From Lytechinus pictus (lineage: Eukaryota): DNA of 64,000 bases. The notes below the pieces were generated by a model. It ran no database searches, was not told the DNA's origin, and worked only from the letters and a program-made list of their open reading frames with translations. A program made the translations under genes and the position numbers. Location of the stretch: NCBI RefSeq assembly GCF_037042905.1, contig NC_087252.1, forward strand, positions 6,510,001 through 6,574,000, given 5' to 3'. Numbering within the stretch: position 1 is the first letter of the stretch; each line of letters starts with the position of its first letter. Positions 11,387-25,500 of this stretch are shown one piece after another.

Positions 11387-14300
11387 ATGGCTGGAAATCA
11401 AAGTGATCTATACAGATGGAAGCGAATTACGTCGAAGAATAAGCCTGTGGCCTCGGTTACTAAGGTAAACTATCCATTTATTTTTTCATTCTTGTCCCAT
11501 GTACTAAAAATTGTGCTGGCTAAAAATTGCTTCAACAAACTGGCAGAAGAAAAAAAAATTGCGATTTTTGTTTTCCTACTCAGTGAAACAATTAATGATT
11601 AAGTTAGGCACAGTCACTGTAAGTTACTTCTCAAGAAGGATGGGCGATTGAAGCTATACTCTAGTCTCGTGAATCTAGCCCAATTCCTAAATTCCCATTT
11701 TTCAACGGCAATTTCAACTCCATTTTTGTCCACATTTTTCGACATGATGGATTTTTTTAACTTTAAAAAATCCATGAAAAATGTGGGCAAAAATCGAGTT
11801 GAAATTGCCTTTAAAAATTAAAGGTCAAGTCCACCCCAGAAAAATGTTAATTTGAATAAATAGAGAAGAATCTAAATATCTAGCCCGGCCTATCTAGCAG
11901 TACTAGCATAGCATAATGCTGAAAATTTCATCAAAATAGGATGTAGTATTATACTATTAAGTAGTAATAAGAAAGTTATGACAATTAGGATTTAGGGTCT
12001 ATGTCTGACATTTTAAATTGAAAAGTTTCACTTATTTTTCACAAAACAGTGATAACTGATATGCACAGCTCAGTGACATGCAAATGAGACGGTCGATATC
12101 CCCCAATCACTATATCTATTTTGTTTGTTTTTTATTGTTTGAATTATACATTATTTCATTTTTTACAGATTTGACAATAATGGCCAACTTGACTGAATAG
12201 TATTAAACTTTAAACAATACTAATTCCACAGGGAGGAATTACTTGCTTCACTTGACAATGAAGAGAAAATTTGAATATTTCTCTTATTTCATATAATAAA
12301 ATAGCAAAGAAATAGTGAGTTGGTGACGTCATCAGTCTCCTCATTTGCTACCGACCAGGATGTGCACATAACTATCTTGAAATTAAGCAAAAAAGTTTAA
12401 AATGTCATTACTTCTTTACATGTATTTTACATCCGATATTTATGAAATTTTCAGTGTTATGCTTGTTGGATTTTTCTCGTTTTATTTAAATCAACTTTTT
12501 GTTGGGTGGACTTGTCCTTTAAGCAAAAAATTTAAATTGGTTTGCTGAAAAAAAAGAAATGGGAATTTAGGCTGGATAATTACTATATTGATGATACGAT
12601 AATTGATATGTACATGTATAATTGTTGAGAAATAAAAATCCTTTGTTTTTCAATGTCTAGTTCTGAACATCTGTTCAGAGTAAGAAGGCACCAGATTTCT
12701 GGAGGAAAAAATTATGATACGATTCAGTCCTACTCGTTAACCTTGAAAATAGTATTCCATACATGTATTTCTTAACATGTGTTTTCAATGGGAATATTTT
12801 GGGCAATTTACAAAAATGAAGAGTCTTCCTTTCTCATCGTATTTCTTTCTTCCCTTTTTTTTTTAAACAAAAAAACTTCAAAAAGTTCATTTTTTTGTTT
12901 TCCATTTTTTTTTTCATTAAGTTCCCTTGAAAAGAATTTTGGAAAGCACTAAGTATACACATTTTTTTGATGCATTATTGCACATGATACACTGCTGGTC
13001 AATTACAATTACTATATCTCAGAAATTATTTTCTGAATAAATCTCAAGAACAGAGGGTTACCGGTATTCCTACCTATGTGACAGTCTGACAGATTATCAA
13101 GCGTTAAGCGTGCAATAATGTAACAGAATTTAAAGTGCCAAATGTCAAAAGAAATGTTGACCTGATCTAGTTAAGGGTATTGATGTCATAAGTTATGAGC
13201 TATTTTCTCTCTGATTGATATTTTATATTTTGTCTTTATTTTTTTTCTCACAGAAGTCCTCAAAACCAACTGATGATATTCAAGATTGGATCAAGGTAAC
13301 ATCCAAAAGTGCTTTCAAGAAGTTCAACAATGTCATCAATGTATTTGATTAAATTCAAGCTGCATTGTTTTCCACATATTAAAGTATATATTAATTCCTC
13401 ATGGAATACTGGCTTGTGATTGGCTGTTGAGCAACATGCCATCATTGCCATGCTTAATATAAACGGTAATGTACAAATACTGATTAAAAATAGTGGGGAC
13501 CAATGAATAGCGCAACAGGCTTGTTGGAATGGCCCCTGTTAATGTTCATAAATACACATAATATGTAGTGTATGTAATGATAAGTAATGTTCATGATATG
13601 TAGTATATGTTAGTTTAATAATGTTATGTTAATGTTCATAAATGCACATAATGCGTAGTATATACTTATATATACATAAAAACATATAGTGATATTACAG
13701 TAAAGCAGAAGGTAAGAGGTTGGGTAAGATTACTACAAAAGAAAAGGGTTGCTGGATGTACAATTAATGGCATTCGCCAATAAAATGTAAAAATAAATAA
13801 TTTCTCCTAAAATTTTGCAAGAATAGTAAATCAATACTGCTGCCTATTTTAAAATCTTTGAATAGAGTATATACTCCAATAATAGTTCTATTCTAGTACA
13901 TAAGTTCATGTTAAATTTTATTTGCCTGACATGTTTGACAAGAGCTGCATCAGTATGCAAAATTATTACAGTAACTTTGATTAAATATGTTTTAGAAAGT
14001 CGAAGAAGCATCCAACCAAGCAGCAGCAGTGACCTTTGGCCTTCCAGCTAGAGGTCAAAGGTCAAATGGATATCGTACAGTGGAGGCCACTCTAGACGCT
14101 GTACATGATCATGATGAGGCGTACAGTGAAGGTAGAACTTGATTGGTACAGCCAGCTTTGCTGTGGACTTGTGGTTTGGTCTCAAGACCCTGTTTATGAG
14201 TCACAGGGTTGAGGATTCAAAAGTACTTAACATAAGGGGCATTATTGACATAAAAATATTGGTTTCCATGACTGCTCCTGCGGCAATCGCTCCGATGGAA

Positions 14301-16547
14301 AATCTGCATGTGAAACCAAACTTAAAACCTAACCTCCAAAACTAAATAAATCCTTATTTTTGGTCTACATTATTCTGAATCAAAAGCTCTATTGCAACCC
14401 TAACTCTATAGATCTCTATGCCCTCTGGAACATTAAGACTGGAGGAAATGTTGAGGCATTTAAACCTTAAGAGTATGGCAGTATTGGGTCCATGATGAAT
14501 TTATATTAGCTCTCGTGGTATTGTAAAATTGTTTTATTTTCTATGTTTCAGACTTGATATCTACTGTCTTACAGGCTCTGAAAACTAGAGTAATTGTTAA
14601 ATAATGTAAGCAAGGATAATTGTTATGTATTATTTATTTATTTCTTTCCGCTCACCGCAGCACAAGACCTCCTTAGTCAGTGGATGGCTGAGAAATGCAA
14701 CTTGGATGATCCTGTGATGATGTATGATGAGGATGAAAATGAGGGCGCACTTCAAGGGTCAACGGAGGTCAGATCTGCTCTGCGGAGTGAATGGGACGAC
14801 ATGCTAGAGAGGCATGATCCAATGCTAGTCAGCAAGACCAAATATACAACATCAGATGGTATGTAAAAACTGCATACCACAACAATAGTTAACTTCACAA
14901 ACGTTTGTGCATGTTGATATATTTTTATAGGGTTACTCCATTTTTAGCTCATCCGATCTGGAGGGCCTTTAGGCATGTTTAATAAAGACTTACAACTTAT
15001 TGTAAATTTGCCGTTATTGTTCTTACTATGGAAACCTGATATCAATCTTTTGCATTATTTGTTTTATTTTATTGCAGAACTGTATGCTGACATTGAGAGC
15101 AGGGATGACTACAGTACTGTGCAGAATATACTTGGTTCTCTTATGGAGAAAGAATTGATGGCACCAAAACAAAAGAAGAAACTTCAGTTGGCCAGTGAAG
15201 AAAAGAAGAAGACTGACCCAAGAACAACAATGGCTGCCAGGCAACAGAAGGTATTAATAGTGATTATGATGATTACAATAGGGAAAATAAATAAGGAAAG
15301 AAGGAAGGAAGGAAGGAGGGAGGGAGGGAGGAATGATGAGAAGGAGGAGTGGATAAGAAGAAGAAGAAAAAGAATTAGAAAAAGAAGGAGGAGGAGGAAT
15401 CAACTGAACAAACTTTTATTTTTTTAAATATGAATTAATTGATTTGAAAATTATCAAATCGACAAGATTCTACACACATTAGAATAATTGTTTGTAATCA
15501 TATTAATTGGCAAACTTCTAACATTTGAAAATTGTCATTCTATTTTCATTTACTTAGTATTTCAAATATTAGAATATTGAAAAATAAACAAAATTGTGCA
15601 ATTATCAAGAAAAATAATAATGCCAATTTTAAGAATTAAGACTGAATAAGGTTTCAGGTGGTTAATTCTCCTTGATGTGATAACACAGGTTAAAGAGAAC
15701 CGACTGAAGAAGGAGCTGGAACGCAAGCAGCAGCTGGAAACCAGGCAGGCCAAGAAGACGGCACAGTTACAGGCTAGACAGATGGTACAACAAGAAGAGA
15801 AAGAGAAGGCAATGAAGATACAGAGAGAAGAACAGATGATAAGAGAAGAGATGATGAGGATTAGAAAGGAATTACAAGAGCAGAAGAGATTGGAGGAGGA
15901 GGCACGAACAAGGTTAGAAACTGATTTTTTTTTTCTTTCTTTTTTTTTCTTTGTATTCTTCTTCTTCCTCAATTTTTTAAATGATCTTTTTGATAATTAT
16001 GTGGAGCGTTGTGGCCCAGTAGATTAGTCTCCGGACTTTGAAACAGAGGGTCGTGGGTTCGAATCCCAGCCATGGCGTAATTTCCTTCAGCAAGAAACTT
16101 ATCCACACTGTGCTGCACTCAACCCAAGTGAGGTGAATGGGTACTGGGTAGCAAGAAATTCCTTGAATGCTTTGAGCGCCTGGGCAGCCCAGCTGAAGCC
16201 GGGGTAATAATAGCAGGGCCTGCTGGGAGAAGAGTTTTCAGAACTGAAGTGGCTTCCCTGGGTAAATAAACCTATATTATTATTATTATATTTCTGTTTT
16301 CATGCAAACTAACTTGTTCAATGGACTGCATTCTCATTTAATCTCCAAAGCAATAAGCGTTTTAAAAGACATTGTCTTAGTATCCGTTTGTATGAATCAC
16401 TTGATATCCTGGCCAGCTTACTAAGTGTTTCATAAAATGGATAATCATTAGTAGTTATATTGTTGTTTGTTTTGTGTGAATAACGGGCCTAGATCGCCTC
16501 GTATCTGTCTAATAAAATTGCCACTTAGCCTACACCCATCCTCATCC

Positions 16548-16579
<32 letters not shown>

Positions 16580-19500
16580 ACAGTTCTTGTATAGCGCATA
16601 TCACAATTATGAATAATGTCTCTATGCGCTTCCAAAGGACTTGGATATTATTACCCCAGCTGTAGCTTGGCTGCCGTAATTACTAAGATTACAGCGCACA
16701 CGCATTTCAAGGAATAAATTATCTTATCCTAGTTCATATATTACCTGTTTGTCTTCTAAACATTTTGTATAATTGTCATTTACCATTTTGTCCAATATCC
16801 AGTTGCTCTAACACCACTTGGTCTATGTCATTAGATGAACTGATAATGATATATACTAATTTTTTTATTTCTGATAAAGCTCAAAATAGTAGCAAAGTAG
16901 ACAGTGGAAATTAGACCATTCCGACTTTAGACTGAATGGAAATTAGACTTAGTTAATATTTAGACCAAAGGTAGTGTACACTAAAAAGCTATTGGACCAA
17001 ATGGGTTTAGCCCATGTGGTCTGAGAAGTATACCAACTGCTTTCAGACCAAGTGGATATAAACAAAATCTGTATGTATCAAGAGCTGAGGTAGTCATGAT
17101 GTTGTGAGTGTCTGATTCATTGGGTGGCCTCTCTCTAATCCAGTATTTTTTTTTCCACTAGGGATAAAGCAATCTTAGCGGAAGCTCGAAGAGAGGAAGA
17201 CGAGAGACAAAGAAAGGAGGAGCTTGTAATGAGGAAGATAGAGAACGCTAGACAGCAGCAGATAGATGAAGATAGGAGAGCTAAGGAGGAGAGAATGATA
17301 AGAGATGCTCAAGAGGCTCGTAGGCTTACGGTAAGTGTGATCAAGAAATTTATTGGAGATCAGATGCTTCAAAGGTATTTCAACCCATTTTGCAACATTC
17401 TTGGATTAAACTTTAATCAAACCTGAATCGTAGTTTATCCCTCTGACAATATGGATATGTAAGAATGAAAAAATGTCCCGATTTTAAATCGATGGTCTAA
17501 AGAATTTGGATGCAAATATCAGGTTGACAAATACTAAAATTTATAAAAAGGCTGGCAAGAAGATTATGGCAAGCCAAAAGAATCTAGACGGGTAATAGTT
17601 ATAAGAGAGATTGATTTGAGATGTTCTTGAAATAAATCATAAAAGATTTTAATTTATCATATCTCCATCATCAGACCCTTCAGAGTCACTTCCATGCGTG
17701 GTATCGGCTCGTCCAGGACCATCGGCTTCAGCTGGGTAAAGCGAGGGCGCTCTCCGAATGGCGATGTCTCCTGAAATCTTGGAACGCTTGGAGAGCTTTT
17801 GTCAGAGCATGCCGAGCTGAAAGGGAAGCCAAGCAAACTGAAATGGACATTAAGCTTTCCCACAGGTATAAAAAGATAATAAAACATACACGTACATCCT
17901 ATCTTCCATGGCCACCCCCCCTTGTTGTTTTAAAAAAATAAACAAATTAATTTTTCTTCCAGTACTGCATTTTCTGCTTACACATTGAAGATTAGAAATA
18001 AACAGGGGATGATGGAAAATGTTTATAAACAAGGTAACACTGCTTTTAAGTATGTAAAATAAATGATCTTGAGGCTTTGATCGCATTGCCAATATTGATA
18101 TTTTAGTTATTATTTTCATTAAAATAATATACACATTTGAAGGAAAGATACTGATGTATGTATTCAATTTGTGTAAAATTTCTCTCTTTCTTCTTGTGTT
18201 CTTTGCATGATCTTCATGGTTCATATATTGTTTGAAACTGCATCTTTTTGACCTTTTTGTTCCTTCTCTTTTTTCTATCCTGTACATGTATATATGCATA
18301 TATAAATAAGTTGATTATATTTTCTTCATTTCCAAGGGGATCCACACTTTACAAGCTTTGCTTTTTAGTGGACCTCCCTCATTTCCATTTATGCTCAATA
18401 TTATACTGTTTTTTGTTTTACGAAGTAAGAATGCTTGTCTGTAAAATTGTACTCCATTTGTATTACTTTATATTACTTTGTATTATGTTTTGAATGGAAA
18501 TGGAATAAAGAATTGAATCTTTCTATTGCGCAGGAGAAAAATTGCGGCTGAGAATCATTACCGTCACCATCTCCTTCAGAAGACGTTTGTTGCTTGGCAG
18601 GTCTACGGTCATAAAGAAAGCCAAGAGAAGGAATTCAATGAGCAGCAATCGCAGAGACGATCTAAGATGGCTGCCTTCCTTGATGCTGCAGCGTCAGGCA
18701 AGCTTTGGACCAATCGTAGTCAGGAAGAGGAACTGACTCCTCGCTCCGATCGACCGGTCTCTGCCGGTAGGGTGATGGTGAGTGAAATAGGTTTCTACCA
18801 TTTGTTGAAAATAAATTAAAAGTTTTAAGCTAGTATTAATAGATAATATGCAACACTAAACACGGCAATGCGCAGCATAAAAAGTACAAACAAAATAAAT
18901 GGAAATAATGAAAATGTAAGACTTTTTTAAGCCAGGTGGCCGTTTCATAAAGCTGTTCGTAAGTTAAGAGCGACTTTAAGAACGACTGGTGATCCTCTCT
19001 TTGGTAAATGGTATACATGGTACACACCATAGGCAATGGTTTAGCGCGTAAGAAAGGATCACCAGTCGTTCTTAAAGTCGCTCTTAACTTACGAACAGCT
19101 TTATGAAACACCCACCCGGTAAATGTATTAGATGACATAACAAATGAGCAAAAATCCCCAAACTTACAGACATGAGAAGAACCTATATTAAACAAAATAA
19201 AATAAGCTGGAAAATACCCAGCAAAAGTAGAACATTGCTCCTAGAAAACAAGTTTATATAACTGATTGAATTAGGTTTGAAGTCAAGATTATGACAGTGT
19301 TGGTTTTCATAGTTTCTATAAGACTGTGATTGTAATACACATACTTTCACGCGCAGCACATGTTTTGTGTGGTGATCATATAGGGACGTTTGTAAAAATA
19401 TGAAATCGAGTTCTGTGTTTTGAAAGAAGTATTGTCTTGTTTTGTTGTTGTAGGGGGCCAACTTTGATGGTGGAGATGGATCTGATCCCATCTCTAGCCG

Positions 19501-22500
19501 AAGTGATCCTTCTTCCCGACCTGGTTCTACACACACCAGACAGGAGAAAGGGACCAGGCACCAGTCTTCAAGGAAACCTAAACATGCATGGCAGGTTACA
19601 AGGAAACATGTTAATCTGACTGCAGAAGAAATAGCTTCAATTGGAGACAATATGGATGCTGCTTTGGCAGACAATCCAACAGCTGGACAACCTCCCTCTG
19701 GTGTGAAGCACTCCAAGGAAGGCAAAAGGCCTATTCAGTACACAGTGAATAATTTTGAACATCGATATTCTGCACAGCAGAAGCTTCTTGTTGAGCAACA
19801 GGAGCAGTTGAGGGAGCAAAGACGGTTGATAGAAGAGCTGCAACTGGGTCAAAAGCAACAGGCGATGAAGAAGCAGTTGGAGCAGATTCAAGATGGGGAG
19901 TATACACAGGACCTGGAAGAGCACCCTGAAGGACATCCATTGGATAACATGTTTAACAGAGGTCAAAGGTCAGCAAGGTGAGTCTAATCAAGTATTGCAT
20001 ACAAAGCAGCATTAAGTATTGATATTGATATGCCTGCATAATAGATCTGCACAATAATATAGAAATATGGGTAATTTTCCAAAGGCAAATCTCTTAGGAC
20101 CATTTAAATCTGTTTTGACTGATTAGAAATTCAAATTAGAAGAGGTACATGTATATATTATTTACATAATCTGGGGGATGTTTCACAAAGATTAAGTATG
20201 ACTTAGTCGCACTTAAATGGCGACGAGTTAATGATATGCAACGCGCAATCTTATTGATCAATATGCAGTAGTGCGCGTCCTCTTGGCATGATCTGTCCAA
20301 TGATGTCATGCCTTTTATACCGCACGCAACTAGACATTTAAGTGCGACTCTAAGTCATACTTTAATCTTTGTGAAACACCCCCCAGGTCTCAAAATATTG
20401 GACTTACTTATTGTGGTGTAACGTTGAAACTTCAATGAATAGATGATATTGGGTTCATGTCAACAGTGTCATGATATTGTAAACAATATAGGGTTGGATG
20501 TGCTTCAGAAAAGAAATCTCCCTTGAAGTGCATTAAAACTTAGACATTATTCAACTCACAGGGTCCCAAGGAAATACTCATAAAAATGTCATCCCTAATC
20601 AATATTTGATTCCCATCTCCATTCTCGTATAATTCTTAGCTGAAAAAATGGTATGGACAGCATTGTAAAGTATCCCCTGTGTTTCTGTTTATTCATGAAT
20701 CTGTGTAGATCTGACCTCAGTGCTGGGGACTCTACGTCAAGAACAAACTGGAGTGAAGAGTCAGCTTCTTCTAACAGGACAAGGTCAACCTCAAGGTCAC
20801 AACCTCCTATACTCAAAGGTAAGAAAAAAATATTAATTGATAATATTTGCAATTGATTTCAAATTGCAATTAGCAATCTCTAACCACAATTAGAAAAGAG
20901 AGGACTCGAGGCTATTGTAGTTGTGGTAGAAGCAGTAGCATTATTCACTGTCGCCAGTGTATTATTCATAGTAGTCATAGTTTAACTGTAGAAAATGAAG
21001 TAGTTAAAGGAGAATGAAACCCTTGAAACCAGCTGAATCCATATTGTTGAAAGTTTGAGGAAGATTGAATGAATAATAAGAAAGTTATGAGCATTTGAAT
21101 ATTGAGATCACTAATGCCATGTAGATCCTCCCATTGGCAATGCGACCAAGATCTGTGATGTCACACAGGTACAACTCCCTCATTACTTTAATACTTATTT
21201 CACTTATATTCTCACTTTTATAGAGTCTATCACAAGGTGAGGTGTTCTCTTTATGAGAGGACAAGTACAGAGGTTTCACAACATTATATCATTGATGAAT
21301 CGTTTGTCATATGATTAGAATGAGCAAAAAGAGATGTTTTGAGGTATATTTTCAGTGTCCAAAAGGGGAGAGTTGTTCATCTGTGACATCATAGATCTTG
21401 GTCGCATTGCCAATGGGAGGATCTCCATAGCATTAGTGATCTCGACATTGAAATGCTCATAACTCTTCTATTGCTAGTCCTATTTTACTCAAATTTTTGT
21501 TGATCTTATTCTTTGATTTTTCTGCTTTCACAAAAGCTAACTTGCTCCAAGAGTTTCATTCTCCTTTAATAACAATAACAATAATTACTTACAATAATAT
21601 TATTACCCTGGCAGTGGTAAATGTTTACAGCGCACCCAGGTACCCATTTATCTCACCTGAATGCAGCACAATGTGGTTAAATCTTTTGCTGAAGGAAAAC
21701 GCACCATGGCTAGGAATCGAACCCACGCTCCTCAGATTGAAAGATGAGAGTTATAACCACTAGACCACGATGCCCCCATCATTTATAATGTGAGCGGATG
21801 CTCTTGTAAACCAAACTTTTCTATCGTCAGTTGGCTCTTATTAAAGCTAAATTAAAGTAGTTGCAGTAAAACACTAATTTCGTGAGAAAGTCTGTAAAAC
21901 CAAGGTTAAGTATGACTATATCATCGTGGATCTAGATCTGGTACAGTTACATAAACTGAACTTTGTGAAGCTATAAAATCTAAGCTGAAATACGATCACA
22001 CTGAAGATCGCCAACACAGATAGGCACACGTGGGACAGTGTATTATTATTGCTGAAATAAAGACCCAACGGAAGTGACCGAATCCGCGCTTATTTTGCTT
22101 ATTTCTCAGCAATTACACAATTTCTTTCAAAATCCTTTGGCACGTATTTTTTATTCATACAAACAGACACTTGGGTGGTCATTATATTAGATTCTGTAAA
22201 AATTCATTTTGAGATCGTTACCAGAACTGGAATTTACCTTTAACTAGTGATTGTTCAAGCAGTTTTTTTGTAAGGATTTAGAAAATAATATATTTGTGTT
22301 TTTATTTTTATACAGGAATGGAGGATAGAGCAGCTCAAAGGGCAAAATTGAAAGCAGAGCGTGAGGAGAAACATAAACAGAAAGAAAGAAAAAAACTGGT
22401 AATGATCATTTTGAAGAAAACTTCAATCATTTTCATTTAAAAGCATTGGCTAACATTGATTTGTCTTTTAAAAAATTTGAGCTGCGAGGTCCCACTTGTA

Positions 22501-25500
22501 ACATGTGTCTGTAATATGTTACAAAAATGAAGCCCAGAGAAAATCGCGTCTGAAAATTATTATTTAGTGCTTCAAAAAAAAAGTGAAATATAAAGTGACC
22601 GGAAACACCATCTTAATTTCAACACATACACTTATGTGATCTATTATTATCGGCACGATAGAAATCACACAAAATGATGTAGTCGATTATAAGGTATTAA
22701 AAGCATTTCTTTTGATTTTTTTGCTGGTTTCAGAGTTTTTAGGTTGATAGAAAGGCATCCATGTACATATTTCATCCCTCCTTTGTTTTGTTTTTTAATT
22801 ACATGTCTATAACGTTAACTTATGCCTTTAATTAAATCAATTGTTTTGCTTGATTTATTTTTATATGGAATATAGGCCTAATGCAGCAATGTTTATCATA
22901 AAATATAATTGCTTCTTTGATATTTCTGAAATTCATGCTCTACATTTATTATCGTGAAGTATCTTTGATATACATGAAATATATCCATACTTCTTTGATA
23001 TCTATTAAAAATATATTTTTTTGGTATTCATAAAATATATGCAACTTCTTTCATTGATGTTAATAAGTGGAATACTTTACATTCAAAATGCATACAGGTA
23101 TTATTCCATTCTCTTGTATTTGTGAATTTTTTTTTTTCATAAGATATCAATCTTCATCACTTGTACTCCCTATTGCTCATCTACTCCATGCTGCAAGGAT
23201 TTCTCAACTTGTGTTTTCTTCTGCTCCAGGTCATCAATTTTCATCTTGTTTACAGTCCCTTTATGGACTTAAAATTATTTCACGAAACATACTTCTCACT
23301 CTCATCATTCTCATCTTTTAATTGTCATTCCACCATCTAACAGAGTCCTAGTCGTTACTACCTAAATGGTGAACCATAAGCTTATTCTATTATACAATGA
23401 TTCATTTATTATTATTATTTTTGTTTTGTTTATTATGATGATTTTTAGAAAGAGATGCAGGAAGAAGAGGAAAGAAAGGTAGCTGCAGAGGAGGCTGAGA
23501 AGAAAGCAGCAATTGAGAAGAGAAGAGAGGAGAAAAGACTTGCTAAACAGGTATCATGCATTTGTTATGTTCATACCTATCACTGTCATGCAGTTACCCA
23601 TCATCAAGTATTCTGTATTTGATAGTCTATTTGAATTTTGGGATGCTTCGAGTATGTGATTAAATTTGGAAATTACAAATGTAAAAAAAATATTCACATC
23701 TTATTATGTCCTTATTTTTACATTACTAGTGCCGGGGAAGGGGGGGGGGATATCTTCCATTGACGAGTGGATACCATGCGTGACCAAAAAAGCACACAAA
23801 AAGGATATCTTTTTTTTCAAGATAGGGCATGTTACGTACGTAACGTAATAAGGGTGTCAAAAACACTAAAATAATTAAATTTCGCTAGGAAACTACGTGT
23901 TTACAGTCCAATTTGCGAGGGTATAAAAAGAATAAAATACTTTGTAAAGGATGTTATTTTTGCCTAGTGTTTAGGGTTTGATTTGAGCGAGGTGTGTGGG
24001 GTGGTACTAAACCCAATGGAAGTAAAGGTAAAGCCGATGTCTGTGATCATGTCCGTGACAAGATGTAGGGGGTCAATTCAGGGAACACTTGTCAAGGGTA
24101 CCGTTTGTTTCCAATACTTGTTACGGGTAAGGTTTCACACGCCAATACAGGTACATTTTCAGAACATGGAAAATACTTGTTTAGGGTGCTTTTCGAAACC
24201 GCATGGTCTCCATTGTCAATAGAAGTGCCCCCCCCCCCCATTACTAGTAGTGATCAAATTATGAGAAAAAGTGTTTTCCCTTTTATTTGTTTTCAACTCA
24301 TTCTGAGATTTGCTGTGAACTTGTTACCAAAACATAGGACAGACTTTACAGAATAAACTCAATGGGTGATTTCAAGTGCGTTGTTGGCCTTGGTGTTGTC
24401 ACTGTTGGTGTTGGTGTTGAAATTTGGATTGCTTCCCCTACCTCCAAAACTTATTCAAAGTTTGTAAAACTGATCCAGATCACATTATTGACATTTCAAC
24501 AACTAGTGAGTGACTTTTCGGGACCATCTTCATTTTATGTTTGGTGTTATAATCATATAAAAATTGACCAACACCAAAAGGTCAACACTGAACTTGAAAT
24601 CACCCAATGATAGTATTTAGTGGCAGGGCCAAGGGAGATTGCAGGGCAATTGAAAGTTTTGTTGTAAACTTCATCCTTTTACAGAGAGAGCAGGAGAAAT
24701 TGGATCGCATTGAAAAATCACGGCGGCAGATGGCACAAGCAGATGCTCACTATCAGAGTTCGCTGCTCCGTCATTACGGCTTCAAGCCATGGTGTAAACT
24801 GGTACACATGTCAAGACAGAATATGCAGGTAGGTACAGCGAACTGGTAGTGCTCTATAATTTTGTTTTTACAAGAGCATTTTATGTTATTTTTTTCATAA
24901 GCAGACCTGCCAACTTTAATATTAAACTTTCAAGAAGAAGGGAGATCTTTCTCTGTCCCACGCAATCCAACGATGGAAGTCAGTTTATGAATCAGGTTGA
25001 TGTTGAAAATCTGCAGTTTTTCACTGGAAAATCATTCAATTATCAGATAGTTTCCCTTACAATCAGGGAGACTTGGCAGCATTGTATAAGGGGACCTGAA
25101 AAAACAGCCAGCAGATATCAGTGATGACAGATCACATTTCTCCTTGCATTTACTCTGGCTCTTAGCTTTAACAGGCACTTTTGGTACTAAGAGAGGAGCT
25201 GATCTTTGCCAAAGTTTTTGACATTTGACCTGTATAATTCAAAAAATGATAAAATTGATGAAAATCAAATTTTGTCAATTTTGTAGTGCAAAATGATTTT
25301 CATATCAATGTGTGTGTGTTACTTTTGTGTCATATTTGTATTCAAGCATTGGTTTGTGAGCTTTCATGATTAATTTGTTAAGTTTTATATACATTGCAAA
25401 CTCGGGGGTAGATAGGTAATCAGGGCCCCATTTCATGAAAAGTTGCGGTGATAGCAACTCTTGCTGGAATGTCCACTTTCATGGGAAGAGCCAATCAGGA

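Noticed and set aside
11456-11470. X-box-like GTTACTAAGGTAAAC at the CCDC191 exon 1 donor
   Set aside because: One base too long for the consensus and explainable by coding plus splice-donor constraints.
16003-16077. tRNA-Gln-like gene (TTG anticodon, A and B boxes)
   Set aside because: No proper acceptor stem, it continues into a SINE body and (ATT)n tail, and several diverged copies exist. It is a SINE head.
19183-19966. 180-aa and 109-aa minus-strand ORFs
   Set aside because: Antisense shadows of CCDC191 exon 10.
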